Shown: positions 1-13,507 of the stretch, one piece after another
How the letters are laid out: each line of letters begins with the position of its first letter
Numbering within the stretch: position 1 is the stretch's first letter
Assembly (NCBI GenBank): GCA_002633005.1
Contig: NMRA01000315.1
Coordinates: forward strand, 214,221-278,220
Origin: Phoronis australis
Lineage: Eukaryota > Animalia > Phoronida
Direction of reading: 5' to 3'
Length of the DNA stretch: 64,000 bases
The notes under the pieces: model-generated
What the model saw: the letters and a program-made list of their open reading frames with translations, nothing else
The model's database searches: none
What the model was told of the DNA's origin: nothing
Made by a program: the position numbers and the translations under genes

Positions 1-456
1 GTGTTTGCTGGCAGAAAGCTGTTGTGAAACAATTTCTTGATTTTATATGCTATGGCCACATGTTAGGTAAATCTTTATTTCGAAATACAAATACATTATT
101 CAAGTCATTGTTAATGTACATGTACAACCTTTGCCGTGACGGTCTGTGGAAGGGGAACATGACTTATCGACACCCGACAAGTAAGTAGATTTTTATTTTT
201 GAGGCTAATTCACGTAAATAATTACGTGCACATTATTTCTTTTCCCCATTATCAGTCTTGTAGTGGGGCGTAGGCGCACGTAGGCGCAGCCAACCAACTT
301 TTGGCATATGAACGTAGCGCCCACGCACCGTAAGTTGCGTTCAGTGCTCAAGGTGATACGTTGGGCTATCGGCGCTTACTTACCTCTACTGTTACCACTA
401 CAGCACTGACAATTATAATCTTTTCGTGACTGGAGGTTTAGTTTCCAACTCAAGCT

Positions 457-673
457 GGTTTATGTTCGCGCCAGTCCCGGCGGCCGCGACGGGCCTGATC
501 GGGTTCCGAGCCACTGGCTAGGATAACGAGTCAGTCCGGCCGCGACGGGCCCATATATAATGCTTCGCGATTTCTGGGTTTGTCACCAGTTCGTTGTATG
601 TCTTGTGTATTCTTCAATAAATATATATCACTTTACGGGCCTGATCGGGTTCCGAGCCACTGGCCGGTATAAC
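457..673 (+). mobile_element. Possible degenerate solo LTR / short repeat element
   Basis: 30-bp direct repeat acgggcctgatcgggttccgagccactggc at 489-518 and 635-664, TATA-like tatataa ~554, aataaa 616-621, ends loosely resembling TGTTAT...ATAACA. Confidence 0.3.
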
Positions 674-3309
674 TAGCGTTTTGTGTGTTTAGAACTCAAA
701 AAATCACAAGTCAAAACAACATAGGTTCTCTTGTCTGTATTTCACAGGAGAGTACTTGTACTTCGAATTAAAATCCGAACAGACTCCAAACTCTTCCTCT
801 GGATCTTGGTAAATTGGCCTGCCGAACTCTGTAGGCTACGGTTTGTCCAAATACCAATAAATCCGTAACAGCGAAATAAAATAACACGTTTTTATAAGAA
901 CTCGGTGTATTTTTAAGGGTTTTACATCGAAGTTTGGGGATTTACTGGTATTAAACGATGAATTCAAGCGATAAGCTGACACCAGTTGCCCGTGTTATGA
1001 ACTGCTGAGCAGACTACGTGTGAAACCAATGACGCCATTGGATAATTTCAACACCTCTGTCTGCCGTCAGGTGTCAAGTAACGCAACCGAACGTGCCATT
1101 ATCGAGCAGAACTACTCGATCCAAATTGATACAAAATAGGTTGCTCGAAAAGTCTTCATTATTTTGTTTTATTAATATTCGTTTGCATATGTAATGTATT
1201 TATAGTTTGTTGTTAGTGGTCGTTGATTTTTTTGGAATGTTACGCGTACATAGTATGTTAAAATAGCATTGGTGTTTAGTTCCTTACCTAGGCTGGTGGA
1301 ACCTAGGAACCAATATAGGTCGAACCAATTTTTTTTCGTTTTTTTATTTTTTTCCCGTTTCGAAAAAGTACGTTGCTATCATCGGAAAGGTAGTAAATTC
1401 TACTCAGTAAAAATCGAAAAAGTATCAAAATCGGGGCAAGCAGTGTAAAGTTATTGCAAGTTTAGTGGCAAAATTTGGGTCACTTTGTTTGGATCGCGTC
1501 GGCCATATTGGAGGACAGCGGGATAATTACGAGTTTAAAACTTTGTGTAAATTGTTTTCGCCAACAAATTACGGTGAAATTTAGTTAGACATATCTTTAC
1601 TTACTATTCTGCACGATTTAACAGTGTTCACCAAATTTCAGCCTCGCAGTTGTTACGCATTAAGTGATAAATGTGCTCACAATTCCCGGTGGACTTCGTC
1701 TCATTTCTGGCGGCACCGACAACATGGCAACTTTTGCTGAACTGAAAGGCATGTTCAATCGGCTACTTTGTAATTTGTGAAGGTTTAACGTTGATACATT
1801 TTGACAACGTTGCTACAAAAAAGAAACTGTATTCAATTTTCGTGCTTTTGTGTAAAACTATGAGGTATATTCGAATTATTTTACTGTAAATTTCCCATTC
1901 AGGTGATCTTACACTAAGCTAAAAAATAGTTGAAATAATTTTGAAATGGTTTTTTGTTTGACTGTCAACTGCTGTTCAAGACTTGATTCGGTGTCACAAA
2001 ATGATTCATATTTTTCTAAATTTTAAGTCTCAATTGCTTTCAAGTCATGTTTTGTAACTTATTGCTTCTTAATTCAGGTTATCACGTCAACAATATGAAT
2101 AATCTTAATTTGAGAAATAAGCTATGTTGGATTGTGAAGCTTCAAGCCTCTAACTCTTGTTCCTTGCAACTTCATATTTTTTTAAATGATGGTTGTCAAA
2201 TTCTGGTGTAAAGAAACACTATTCCGTCACCATGGTAATGGTTACATGTATGTCCACTTTCATATCATGGAAGCTGTTGATGTTGAATAGTGTTTGTAAT
2301 GCTAAATGTTGTAAAGTATTGTGCATTTTAAGTTACTTATTATGTTAAAAGTTTGAATCATTTTGGCTTAATGATAATAAAATGACAACATGTTGTATTG
2401 GACCTGTCATACTTATGTAATCGAACGAGCCCCCTTTTTGGAGAACTGGAAAAGGTCTGCCCCAGCCACAGAAGCACGAATTCCCAAAAAAGTAGAAAGT
2501 GAGACAATATTCCACTAGAAGACAGGAAGTACCAAAATTTAGAGTCTGCAAGTCATAGGTCTGAACATACCCACTGAATCTTATAGTAAAAGATAGACAT
2601 TCCCAAAAATTCCAGCCCCCCCCCCATTCTTCTAGGCTCGGTGCGCTCATACAAAGTCTGGGAAAATCTACTATTGAAAGCCAACAACTTTGCACAGTTC
2701 GCCAGAAGTACCCATGTTCTAAATAAACCTCGTTTGAGCTAGCGCTGTGGCCAGCGACCAGTTAGGCCTAAGGGTAGCCTTGGCGCAAAGCTGTATAGGC
2801 CTACTAACAAGCTGTATTTTGACGATAGTCTTCACTGGTAGCTGGCACTGAGGCTAAGGTCTGCCGCGGCAGTGTGACACAGGACTAACCAACCCATAGT
2901 TTCATGCAAGTGTCTGAAACTACCCTTGAATATATGCAGCATTTATTATTTGACAGTTTTACTTCGACAAAACAGCTTGCAACCACATGCATTTACCGTT
3001 CGCCAGTGTCTGGCCTCGATCCGCACCGGGTCCGATAGACTGTGGTCCCGAGTTTGGCAAAATAATTTCTGTCAAAATTTTTTCCCCACGCTTCTTCAGC
3101 AAATTCGATAAAATTGTCCGTATTTTGATTTTATTAAAATTAATGTGCGCTGTCGATTATTTTATCCCCGTTTGCTGGCTGGTGACCAAAAATACACCTT
3201 AATAAGAATGCCCCATCTCCCTGGTTCCCTCGGTTACCCATCAAATATCTGCAAGCATGCCTGCGGAAATTGCTTCTGATATTCCGTTTTGATAAACGAA
3301 TTCGTTGCT

Positions 3310-3865
3310 TTCTGATTTACATGTTTATGTATCTACAAAAATCGACAGATTCGTAGATTATTTTTGACACTTAAAGACCAATCTTGTAAGAATTGATGAT
3401 GTTTCAGTGAATTTACATGTAGTTGCAACCTGAAATTGGAAAAACTCAGTAAGTCTAAAGTACTCTTTATTAGACGATTTGTGCCTATCTAAAATATCAC
3501 TCTCAAAGACATTGATGAAATTAGGGCAATTCCCTAAAATATTCTCACAATTCAAATGACAATAAATGCATTCATTGCTTTTTGATTAGGTGCAGAATTT
3601 GTCGTTTTAACTCACAAACAGGAGATCAAACAGGAGTTAAGTCATTAGATCATTAATTGATTGTTGATTTCTGATTTGAATGTCTAAGTAAATACGAAAA
3701 TTGTCTACTTGATAGATGATTTTTGACAGTTAGAAGCTAATCTTGTAAAAAATGACAATGGTTCACTGAAATGAGTTACAGGGTGACATTGCGAAAATTC
3801 GAGTCGATCTGTTATCAGATCAATTTTTGTCTATCTGAAATAAATCTCAAGGATACTGGTGAATG
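3310..3865. repeat. Diverged ~200-bp direct repeat (copies ~3310-3520 and ~3668-3865)
   Basis: Shared anchors tttctgattt, atttttgaca, aatcttgtaa, ctatct..ctcaa in the same order about 358 bp apart. Confidence 0.6.
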
Positions 3866-6800
3866 TCGAGCAGTTCTACAATGTGTACCAAAATATTCTC
3901 ACTATTCAACTGTTGTCTTGTCATTCTCGTGTATACTACACAAACTAAGCGCGTCATGACTGAAGCAACCACGTTAAAAATAAGGTGTAACCATGCAGTA
4001 AACTCCTGCGGAATCTAAGTGATCCATGGGAACTGAATTTGAACTCCAGGCGTTGGGACACACTCTGTGTCATTTTCCCCGGCCACCAAAAACTGGACTA
4101 CCGTCTGTGTTTCAACAAGGTATTTTGAAACAGCCCCAAAGGCACTATACCAGCGACCGCGGAACCTCATCATTTCGAAAAAGTCCTTCAAAGAATGACC
4201 ATAATTAAACAAACTTTTCCCGTGAAACTTTGTTGGTTAACGCTTGCAAAAATTCTGATGGCTGTACACTGTATGCCCGGGATTTACCCCCACCTATACG
4301 GACGTGGGGGTTGGGTACAACTATGGGGGCATCCGGACATTAGGGGGTTGGAGGACACCGACGTGGTGGCGACAGGAAGGAGGGTCGTTTCGCGATGTCG
4401 AATTGATTTGTGTACCCCCAATATTTTTTGCCTTCCTGTGGGCTTGATAAAGGTTGTTTTTATGCGTTTACTCCCATAGATTGTCCACATTTCAAAAGTC
4501 CAGCCTACACAGAACACGTTTATAAAATCAACATTTTTAGATAAACAGTTTTTAAACTAAACATGAGAAAATAGAGTATGCAGTTTACACACGTTTACAC
4601 AAATATTTGTTTACCATTCGATACGACTTATACAATAAGAATCACATGACTGACTAACAAGAGAATCTCATATTTGCGGAGCATTGACAAACTGAAATAG
4701 GCACATGAACCTCCAATCTTGTTGTGATAAGATTTTTTTGAATTCTTTGATATTTGTGTTGGCAATTAATCAACGAACACAATTTACATGCTTTTCATAG
4801 CTGTAGTAGACACGTTTGAAGTAAAGTATACTTTCGCCAACGTGTGAATTACTGTAGATTATATTTCCTAACAAGAATTACCCATGTGTGCATCAAAGTA
4901 TTTATGCGCTGTATGATGTTCTCAGTCAAGGTTTTTCTTTAGCAAAAGACTGACTTTGCCCCAGCTGAAAAAAAGAAACAGAGTTGTGAAAAAATATTGA
5001 GGACTGCGTGTCTTCAACTCTTTCCAAATCAAATGCACTTCACAATAATTACCGATGTACCCAGATTTTGTCTTCAGGCTTGTTGACTGTTCAAGAGTTT
5101 ACAAAACCTTACAATGTAATTTTGCGAGGCTCTAATTCATGGATCTGGGTTTGGGTCCCTCGGGGGTACACTGCTAGACCCTTGAGTCAGGTCTCTAACC
5201 CTTAAACTCGGTTTTAACTAGATATATTAATAAAGCATAAAAATGGTTCCAGATTATCAATGCACCGGGCACACCTAAGTGGCCTGAGTGCACCTGGTGC
5301 AACGTGCACCAGATTGACTTTAAGCAGTTTTTAATCCTTGGAGATAGGTTACCGATCCCAGGCGTAGATGATGGCGACTTAAATTAAAGATGTTTCCCAT
5401 TTACCGAAGGGACCCAAGCCACCTTTGTTAGCATGGAACCTCTTAACCTTGTATTCGATGAATACGTTCAGGGTTGTCAATCCTCCCTCACGGTGCACAA
5501 GAGGGCGTTCTCTATACCAGCATCCTTTCCCATCAACAAAATTCTTCCCTTGGGAGCTGTATTTATTTTTTCATCAAGCAAACAAAGTTATTACTTTTCC
5601 AGTCCGTTTCTTATCAATGTGAGTATATTGTAGGGAGTTTGAGATCACACTGAGGGCCTTGTTTTGTTTTGTTGTCATTGGTACTTGCTTTTTCTGAGTA
5701 CACGTTACGGTTATCACTTTCGTTTTTGGAGGAACCTGGTTTTCGGTCTTAGTCAATTCAAATACTTAGAGCTTAACATCAAGAAAAGTTACTCCTTGGC
5801 GGTAAAGGAGTTTTCCAGATATGATTCTGCAGCCCACTACATGCGCGCACAAAGCTTTCAATATGGGGGGCTCGAATTCCTAACGTTGTGGACCTTTTTG
5901 TAACAAAACAGCCGGCGGAATAAAAAAGAACGGACTCACCACTGTGAATTGCGCGTTTGTAGTTGTTAAGCGGACTTTTTGTCTCATTTTCTCGGACTTT
6001 ATGTTTCTCACAGGCGGACCTTTTTAACCATTTCGTCAAATGGGGCGGTGCTCTTTCACACCTTCTGGATGACAAATATAAACAAATGGGAGACCGATTT
6101 GCTTAGGCTGAATGTACATGTTTCCTATGTGAAAAACTTCGGAGTGAGAAATTTTTACCGTGCATTTGGTCATGCATTTTTTAAAAAATTATAAAAAAAT
6201 GTAGCATTTGGTCAGTACATTTAGAAAACGCTCTCAGGTAATTTGAAAACTACAAAATGGCCGCCACTGTCGTCGTCTTGATTGTAAATTTTGGGTACAA
6301 TAGAACAAATACACACAATGGTTACCTCCTAAAGCACGTCCAAAAGATAATCTTTTCATACTTATTGCAAAATTTGCTGAAGAAAATAAGTTTGGGGCAA
6401 AAACAACTCAAAGGCCACCGTTTCCGCCATATTGTAACGAATGCAATTGAAGCTTTGCATAACTGTAATAGACGTGCGGCTCTGTATGCGTGCATACTCT
6501 AAGCTCACTATGACAACAATAAGGTTTTTAGATGCGACTGTTCTCTTAGATTCGATTGTGACGAAAACAAATTGAAAAGACGTTGCCGGTTGCGTGTAAT
6601 TTTCATGACAGTCAAAGTAGAAATAAGACCTGGAGTGTTCGTAACAACTGAGAGGGACAGAGTAACATGCGTGGCCAAGTTTGTTTCGCCAAGTATCCCG
6701 TTCAGACTTGCATATTTCGAGGGCTCCGCAATCCAAGTCAAACCAGTGATGATGTCAACCATTACCAGTCGACACTCCTATATGATGCAGTAGGAGATCA

Positions 6801-7879
6801 CGTGGCACACTTTCGCGCGTGTTGGTAATTTCAGAATTCTGACGTAACGCCCATGAAAACTCAACGAATTTAATAAATAGCAAAGCCTATCAAGTGGTGA
6901 TTTCAGATATAATCGCTTTCATATTTCGAAAATTTGATGGTTTTTAGTTATTCCTCAAAAATAGCTTCTGCTATCCAAAGGGCCAAACGTTGATCTGAGA
7001 ATTTCTGACAAAGCCAATAAAACTGAGGCGTCTATTGTGTTCGACCGGCTAAATACATTTTTGTGGTCACCATATATTTTTTCTACGGAAAATATGATGT
7101 TCATGATTTTTCCGTAATATTGTGAAGGCGTTTCGTAATTTAGTCTATTTCACAAATTTTGTTGACCATAAAAATTCATTGATAACATCATGTGAGAAGT
7201 AGTGGGCTACATTACAGCACTAGTCGCTTATCTGATGATGAGCGGAGAAACAGCCGTCCGAAATGTCGTGGAATGTTTAGCGAAGAGGTTGGTGCAAACT
7301 GACCAAATCCCCAATCGTGTTTCAACTACATCTTTACTCACAGGAGAAAAAGAACTCACTCAAGGTTATGTCCAGCAGCACCCTAAAACTGGGCAAATTT
7401 CAAACTTTGGAACATCATATCCCAGAAATGGCTGACATTTTTGATATAAAACTCAGAAATAAAAATGCTTTTTCACTGTTCTTCAAAGCTGGTAAAAAAT
7501 TGCTGTTAAAATGTTTCACTTTTACAGGAATGCTATCAAAGCTACCACTTGTACCATTCTGATGAAACAAAAACTAAGAAGAAATGTTTTTTGTTATTCA
7601 AACAGTTCTTTGCAATCAATGTATCTTTCTTTTTCGTAAAGTTTAATAAAAAGAAAAGGTTACGTGATCCTTTTAACGTCAGATTAGTAAAAAAGTAAAA
7701 ATAAAACTAAAATTCTTCTGGCTTTCGGGTTTCAGAAAATATATGCCTAAATACACATATTTATAGATAAGATTATACCTAACCTTAGTCTTTGCGTTTT
7801 TAATGAAAATTAGTGTCAATTTAGCGTAGCCACTTTTCTATGTCGGTAAAAGTTAGTGTATCAAATACTCTTGACTTCT

Positions 7880-7886
7880 TATAAAA
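7880..7886 (+). promoter_or_regulatory. Candidate TATA box of gene A
   Basis: TATAAAA ~150 bp upstream of the proposed start ATG (8033); positional argument only. Confidence 0.2.
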
Positions 7887-8032
7887 GACTTAGGATTTCT
7901 CGCCTTTTGAAGGACCCTGTATTGTGACGACGTAGTTCTATTTTTCGTTTCAAAACAGCGTGACGTCTTGCTTTGCGCAGTTGGGTTTTGCCATTAATGC
8001 GCAATAGGTCGATATGCTTCAAAACTAGCGCA

Positions 8033-8087
8033 ATGAAGACATCAGTGGCATCTCTATTGTTGTATGCGGTAATACTCGAAAAAACAG
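8033..8087 (+). CDS. Gene A exon 1: putative signal peptide
   Basis: MKTSVASLLLYAVILEKT then phase-1 donor ACAG|GTGAAT; joined to 10281 gives ...EKTGA-CRRR, a plausible signal peptide. Confidence 0.55.
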
Positions 8088-10280
8088 GTGAATGGCATTT
8101 TAATGACATGAATTTAACCTTGTATGAGCATTTGGTGATTTTTTTGTTTTTTTGTCTCATGTTGCACTTGAAAGGATACTAATATACTAAGCTCTGTTTT
8201 AGTGATTTTCAGTTAACAATTCACGTTCTTTCTCGTGCTCATATAAAATTGGCGTCCCACTTAAAAGATAAAAACAGGATTCAACTAAAACACATTACTC
8301 ATCGTGTCAAAGAATGGATGTTATAGCTCTTGATTGGTGTTTTTTTCCTACAGTTGTGGTGTAACTCGCCTAATGGATAAGTAACGGTTACATGTGCCCG
8401 TTTAGCAGACTTTGTGATGAGTTCGCCCCAAAATGGGGTTGGCGAGGGTTAGAGAAAATTATTTTGTTTTAAAGAAATGGATGGCAAAGTTGATCTAAAT
8501 ACCTGTTGATAGTTCTAAGCCGTGTTTATTATCATTTTGAAATTACAATCTTACGTATCACTGCGTCCTGGGCATCAAAGATGAAGAGCGCCATACGCCG
8601 CTAGCAAATTACGATATGCCGCTAGCAAATTACGACAACTTTATAAATCTGTCTGATACACATAAGGGACATTTTAACTTTTTATTGCTAAGAGTTTTGT
8701 AAATAACACTTTTCTTGGTCACGCACAAGTTTAATCTTAGCAGGAGCTTTAGGAAATTGGGCCTAATGTCTGCAAACTTATAATATTTAAATTAGTAAAA
8801 GGTTTTTCCGACAGTAGAAAACCTGAACAGTCTTGTTGATCCCGCAAGTGCGGTGAAAGCTTCGTACAAACAAAAATACAGGCGAGTTTTAAACGCATTA
8901 GCTTCCTTATTTGGATACCTACTGAGTTGCCTAGCTTGTCAAAAAGCCAGTACCGAAAACATAAAAGCCCTTTGTGTTGTTTTATATTGGTATTATTCAT
9001 AACTTTTCACTTATTCAGAGTCTAACAACTGCGTAACAGCTCACCTATAAGCACCATAATACGAAAACAAACGTTACTTGTGTAGGCTAATGTTTGAGTC
9101 ACGCCAACTGTTACACTGTGGTTCATGAATTTAAAAGCAAAGGAATAAATTTTACTGTCCATTCCTCCCATTGTTTTATTTGTTTAAGCTCAACAATTTT
9201 TAAATCTTTTGACAGTGAGAGTGAGCGAAATTCTCACGCTTTATCAGCTGCAACAAGTGAATTGTCGGTGGATAATTCTTCGCAGAGGAACATAATGTCC
9301 TTGTTCATCAATGGGACGGTATATTTCTGATGGTTTGCCTTTTTCGTAAGGAATTAGTACATCCCATCGTACAACACTGGAAATCTGTCGGCATTGTAAT
9401 AGAAGGCAATGTGTTAAAACGTTGCTAATATCAGTCGAATGAAACCTCCCGCGCAAATTATATTGGATCTGCAGGTGGCGTTGAACGCCAGTCCACCAAA
9501 GACCCGATCGACATCTGGTGGGTTAGTGAACTGTAATATGGCGCGACTATTCCGAAAGTCAGGTATTGGAAGAACGTGCGAGAGAGGAAACCAAAGTCAC
9601 GGGAGGAAGGGGGTTGGGCGCCTTCCTCAAGAAAATTTCTAAATTAATTCTTGATAAAGTTATGCAGGACCCAGGTGGAATGTCTGAATTTGGCTGACGT
9701 CAGAACACCATGTCTCAGAACGGCGGATTGAATTCATATGGAGGTTTCAAATACTGTGCTTTATGCACTGTACTTCAAAACGCTGAGAGAAATTGTTTTA
9801 AAATGCTCCACTTATCCATGAGGGGCTGTAAAACATGACTTGTATGATTTTCATTAAAAATCGCAAAACGTAAAAAATGGTATATGGTATTTTAGATACA
9901 TGTAACTGTAACAGCATTTTGGGTTCTCATTTTGATCATTCACATCAAATAAAATTTCATCTTGTTATTTTAATATCAATACACTTTCTCTTTTGCTGAA
10001 TTTTAATAAACAGACATGTTTGCAAAAACGGGACGATCGTCGAACAAATAAAAAAGTTCATGTTCAATTCAACATTTCGTCTTTTCATTAGACATCATCA
10101 GGATCATATTTATAAATGTAGTGCAGAGTTCCATTTACCGTTACATCGCCTTTTTACAGCCTCCTTTTCATCTCCGGACAGTTTTGCATCGACGGGGCAT
10201 GACATAAATAAAATTTTTGGCTTACAGTACAGAACAAACAAACTGAAGGAACCGACTAAACCAACAGTTGTCTCTTTCAG

Positions 10281-10392
10281 GGGCTTGTCGAAGACGTTCA
10301 ACTTGTCTGTCTGGCTGTTCCACAAGATATGTTATCGCTCCATTGGGGCAAACTTCGAAATGGTTCGATCACTCGGTCAGCTGTTCTTGTAG
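10281..10392 (+). CDS. Gene A exon 2: N-terminal Cys-rich domain (part 1)
   Basis: ctctttcag acceptor; GACRRRSTCLSGCSTRYVIAPLGQTSKWFDHSVSCSC; phase-2 donor gtaggg joins in frame to 11456. Confidence 0.65.
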
Positions 10393-11455
10393 GTAGGGAT
10401 TTAATACAAATGTAATGACTGAGACTATTTTAATCCTTGACTTCTTAGTCTCATGTTTACCTATTTTAATCTAACTGAAAACGATAAAACTGAGGAGCCT
10501 CCACAAGGCGTAAGTGCATGGCTAGCTCATGAAAGAGTTCGTTACATAATATGAGCTTGTCTTCTTATTTTGAAAGTTTGTTGGAGATTCATGCCCTGTA
10601 TTGTGATTCATCCTTGGAAACCGGACTGTACAAATGTGATATAGTTCCATGTAGTTCGATAGAACAACTCTGCCTTTGGCAAAACAGACCGGGCCCACCG
10701 GTTCAGTGCGGCAAGCTCAGTTAATGTCATGATATATATAAAAGTATGTGTACCTTAATCCTGGCTTTTTGATCCACATCAAATATGAGACTGTCAGCAG
10801 CATATATAGGCGTATCCGAACTTGGTTGTCGGGAGCAAACGATTTAGTTTTGCCACCCACCCCTGGTCGCCACCATTTCCACCCACCCTTGGTCACCACT
10901 AATGTTCTCCGCCGACTCCCTATCACAACTTGCTTCCCCTCATTCCTATATACCTTTCCCGTATTTGTCCATTGAGAGGTCTGCTGACATGGCACCAGAC
11001 AACCACGTCGATCAACGGAACACTGAAATTTGTTGGAGTTGATTCAAATGGATGAAAATACAAAGAAAATCCGCATTCAGTGTACGTTATCTCAGATTAT
11101 TAAACAAACCCGCTGCAAATTAAGCATCAATTTTCCGATAAAAACACCGACCACAGTATTTTGGCCTTACAGTGTGCACCGACTTAAAAAGTAACCGCGT
11201 GTTTGTATGCTAAGTCCAAGGTAGTTAAAGCGTTTTGATGCTGTACATTTCATTGTTCGTTGCAAAAGCGGTTACCTTAAGTTGAACCTCATGGAGTCGT
11301 GGGCTGGAAAGTTTATTTGATGTTATGTTCAAGAAATGTTCCAAATAATTCAGGAGAGAAGCAGCAACATGTCAACCAAACAACAAATTAAAATCAAAGG
11401 GATTTATAGTTTGTTGTCTTTAACGTTTTCATTTTTTCCTTTTGTGACATCACAG

Positions 11456-11565
11456 TCACTGTAACAGAGGTTCCAGAACTATCTACGAAGGATGGAATAC
11501 TGTGGACGCCATTGGATGGCACAACCGATGCACGTATCAATGTCATTCGTGCGTTCGTCTAACAG
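11456..11565 (+). CDS. Gene A exon 3: N-terminal Cys-rich domain (part 2)
   Basis: Pyrimidine tract + cacag; SHCNRGSRTIYEGWNTVDAIGWHNRCTYQCHSCVRLT; donor CAG|GTAAGG. Confidence 0.75.
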
Positions 11566-11682
11566 GTAAGGCATCACAGAAGCATGGCATTTGACAACAC
11601 AACATTGTACACCGGCATGCCTTGAAAATTTATCTGTGGCACAATCAAAGAATATTGTAAGAAAATAAACACATAATAATCA

Positions 11683-11745
11683 GGAACTCCGACTGGGAAT
11701 CGAACCACAGGTCTCTAATGCTGTTACCACTGATCTGCTGAGGAC
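11683..11745 (-). mobile_element. tRNA-derived SINE head fragment
   Basis: Minus strand shows A-box-like agatcagtggta and B-box GGTTCGATTCC but no complete cloverleaf. Confidence 0.4.
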
Positions 11746-11927
11746 CCATTCCAAAGAAATTAGTGGCATTAACTGCTAATCTGTCTTTCTTACAAAGTCC
11801 GTGTCGAACATTTTTATAAATGTGAGTTCAGAATGTTTGCTATTTTAATGTATTGATTTCTTTGTTTCGCATCTGTACACATTCACTTGAGCACGTTTCT
11901 CAAGACAGTTTATTTCATATATTTCAG

Positions 11928-12095
11928 TACGTCGCTGCGATGTTCTGCCTATACCCAACGGCAGAATGAATTCCTACTGTGATCGTGTTCGTGGAAAGAC
12001 ATGCGGTTATTCCTGTAACGAATGCTACAGAAGAGCTACGACCAGCGACCCACTATGTAGCTGGCCTGGATGGACAGTGAAACCATCATGCGAAT
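11928..12095 (+). CDS. Gene A exon 4: CCP/sushi 1
   Basis: RRCDVLPIPNGRMNSYCDRVRGKTCGYSCNECY...CSWPGWTVKPSCE; 168 nt, phase 1-1. Confidence 0.85.
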
Positions 12096-12810
12096 GTACG
12101 TGTCTTGGCTGAATCCACAGTATTTATTTTTCGATTTTCAGGGGTCCATCGTACCCAAACTACCATAAAAATGACTACATTACCACCTATGGGTGAGTCT
12201 AAGCCCAGGTCTAGATTAGCAGTTTAGTGAAGCTCCCGGAATCTGCTGACGCGCTCTTAAGTTAACACCAGCTATCTGCATGAAAAATACGAAAACACGA
12301 AAAAGACAACCCTATTCATACACCGTAATACGGTAGCAACCTTCCTCCGTGTGAATACTATAAATTTATAGAACGTGTTATACCGTTAAACTCTTTATGG
12401 TTAAATGTGACCAGGTAACAGTGAAGCCGTTACTGCCGCCACAAGATTAATACGCGTTCCTTGAAAAAGGCCGTCCAAAAAGTCACGCGGTAAACCTCGA
12501 GACTCATATCTTGTAATAACAATCATGGGTTTGCTTTCAATTGGTCACTGTTAACCACGAAGTGTTTAACGGTATATCGCTTTCTATAAAATCACGGCAT
12601 GCGTACGGATGAGTGCAACCCTACTAGTTGCATCTTTAACTGTCTTACGGTGCATGGATGGGGTAAAAAGATACACTTGCACTCGATTTTAAGAAAATCA
12701 CATACCGAGAAGAATAATCGCTTATGTGTGAAGCAATCGAACAAACAGAAACAAAAACGAATTTTCGCGATATAGGCTATGAGCCTCAATATGTGCGTTT
12801 AAGGTGGGGC

Positions 12811-13138
12811 AGGGGTACTATAGAATCATAGGTACAAGCATCGCATCATATGCACGAACCAGCTAAGAACCTATGAATCATACATGGGTTCGTATGCATT
12901 ACCCATAGGTTCATAGGTTGTTTGTGCGGAAGATGCAATGCTCGTGCGTAAGATTCTATGGCATCCCTGCGGTATGTTGTTTGTGCGTATGATTCGGTTG
13001 CTGGTGCGTATGGTTTGTGTTCGTATGTGAGATTTTGCGGTTCGTTTGCATTATTTTTGTTCGCATGCGTGACTTGGATTCACGCGTATGATTCTTGGCT
13101 TCGTGTGTGGTTCGTGCGTATGATTCTATGGAAACCCT
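12811..13138. mobile_element. MITE with TIRs and tcgtgcgta-type subrepeats (copy 1)
   Basis: Ends aggggtactatagaatcata / tatgattctatggaaaccct are imperfect inverted repeats; related element at 50162-50505. Confidence 0.6.
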
Positions 13139-13304
13139 CAGTGCTGTAGTAATGTCTAAGTTCATTGTTTTAATCGTAATTTAATTGCATTTTTGTACGT
13201 TTAGCCCGTGACACTGTTGCATGGTTTATAGTCTACTACCAAATATTTGATGATATCAGAAAACTGTTAACAAGCACCCGCTACAACAAGCTTTTGGATT
13301 TTAG

Positions 13305-13507
13305 TGGGCTATTGTTCTGGACTTCCTGTAAGCCAAGTCGGAAACGCCACCTACGAATGCGACGGTAAGGCATGTGGTAGCGAATGCAAAGTAGTCTGTA
13401 ACAGGGCTACGTCATTCCACGCAGCCAGCGGAAGTACGCGAAACAGAAATGTCAACAGACACCTAACGGTTTTGAATGGTCAGCACATCCTATAGTCGAA
13501 TGTTACG
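13305..13507 (+). CDS. Gene A exon 5: CCP/sushi 2, with apparent 1-nt frameshift at ~13403
   Basis: GYCSGLPVSQVGNATYECDGKACGSECKVVCN then shifted frame GYVIPRSQRKYAKQKCQQTPNGFEWSAHPIVECY; 203 nt where 204 is needed. Confidence 0.8.

Noticed and set aside
1285-7800. Short ORFs and possible transposon pieces upstream of gene A
   Set aside because: No recognisable domains, splice-consistent exons or convincing TIR/TSD pairs could be established.
8313-8380. Alternative signal-peptide exon (ML*LLIGVFFLQLWC)
   Set aside because: Interrupted by stop codons; 8033-8087 fits better.
11683-11745. tRNA gene
   Set aside because: A/B-box-like motifs only; no intact cloverleaf, so better explained as a SINE fragment.
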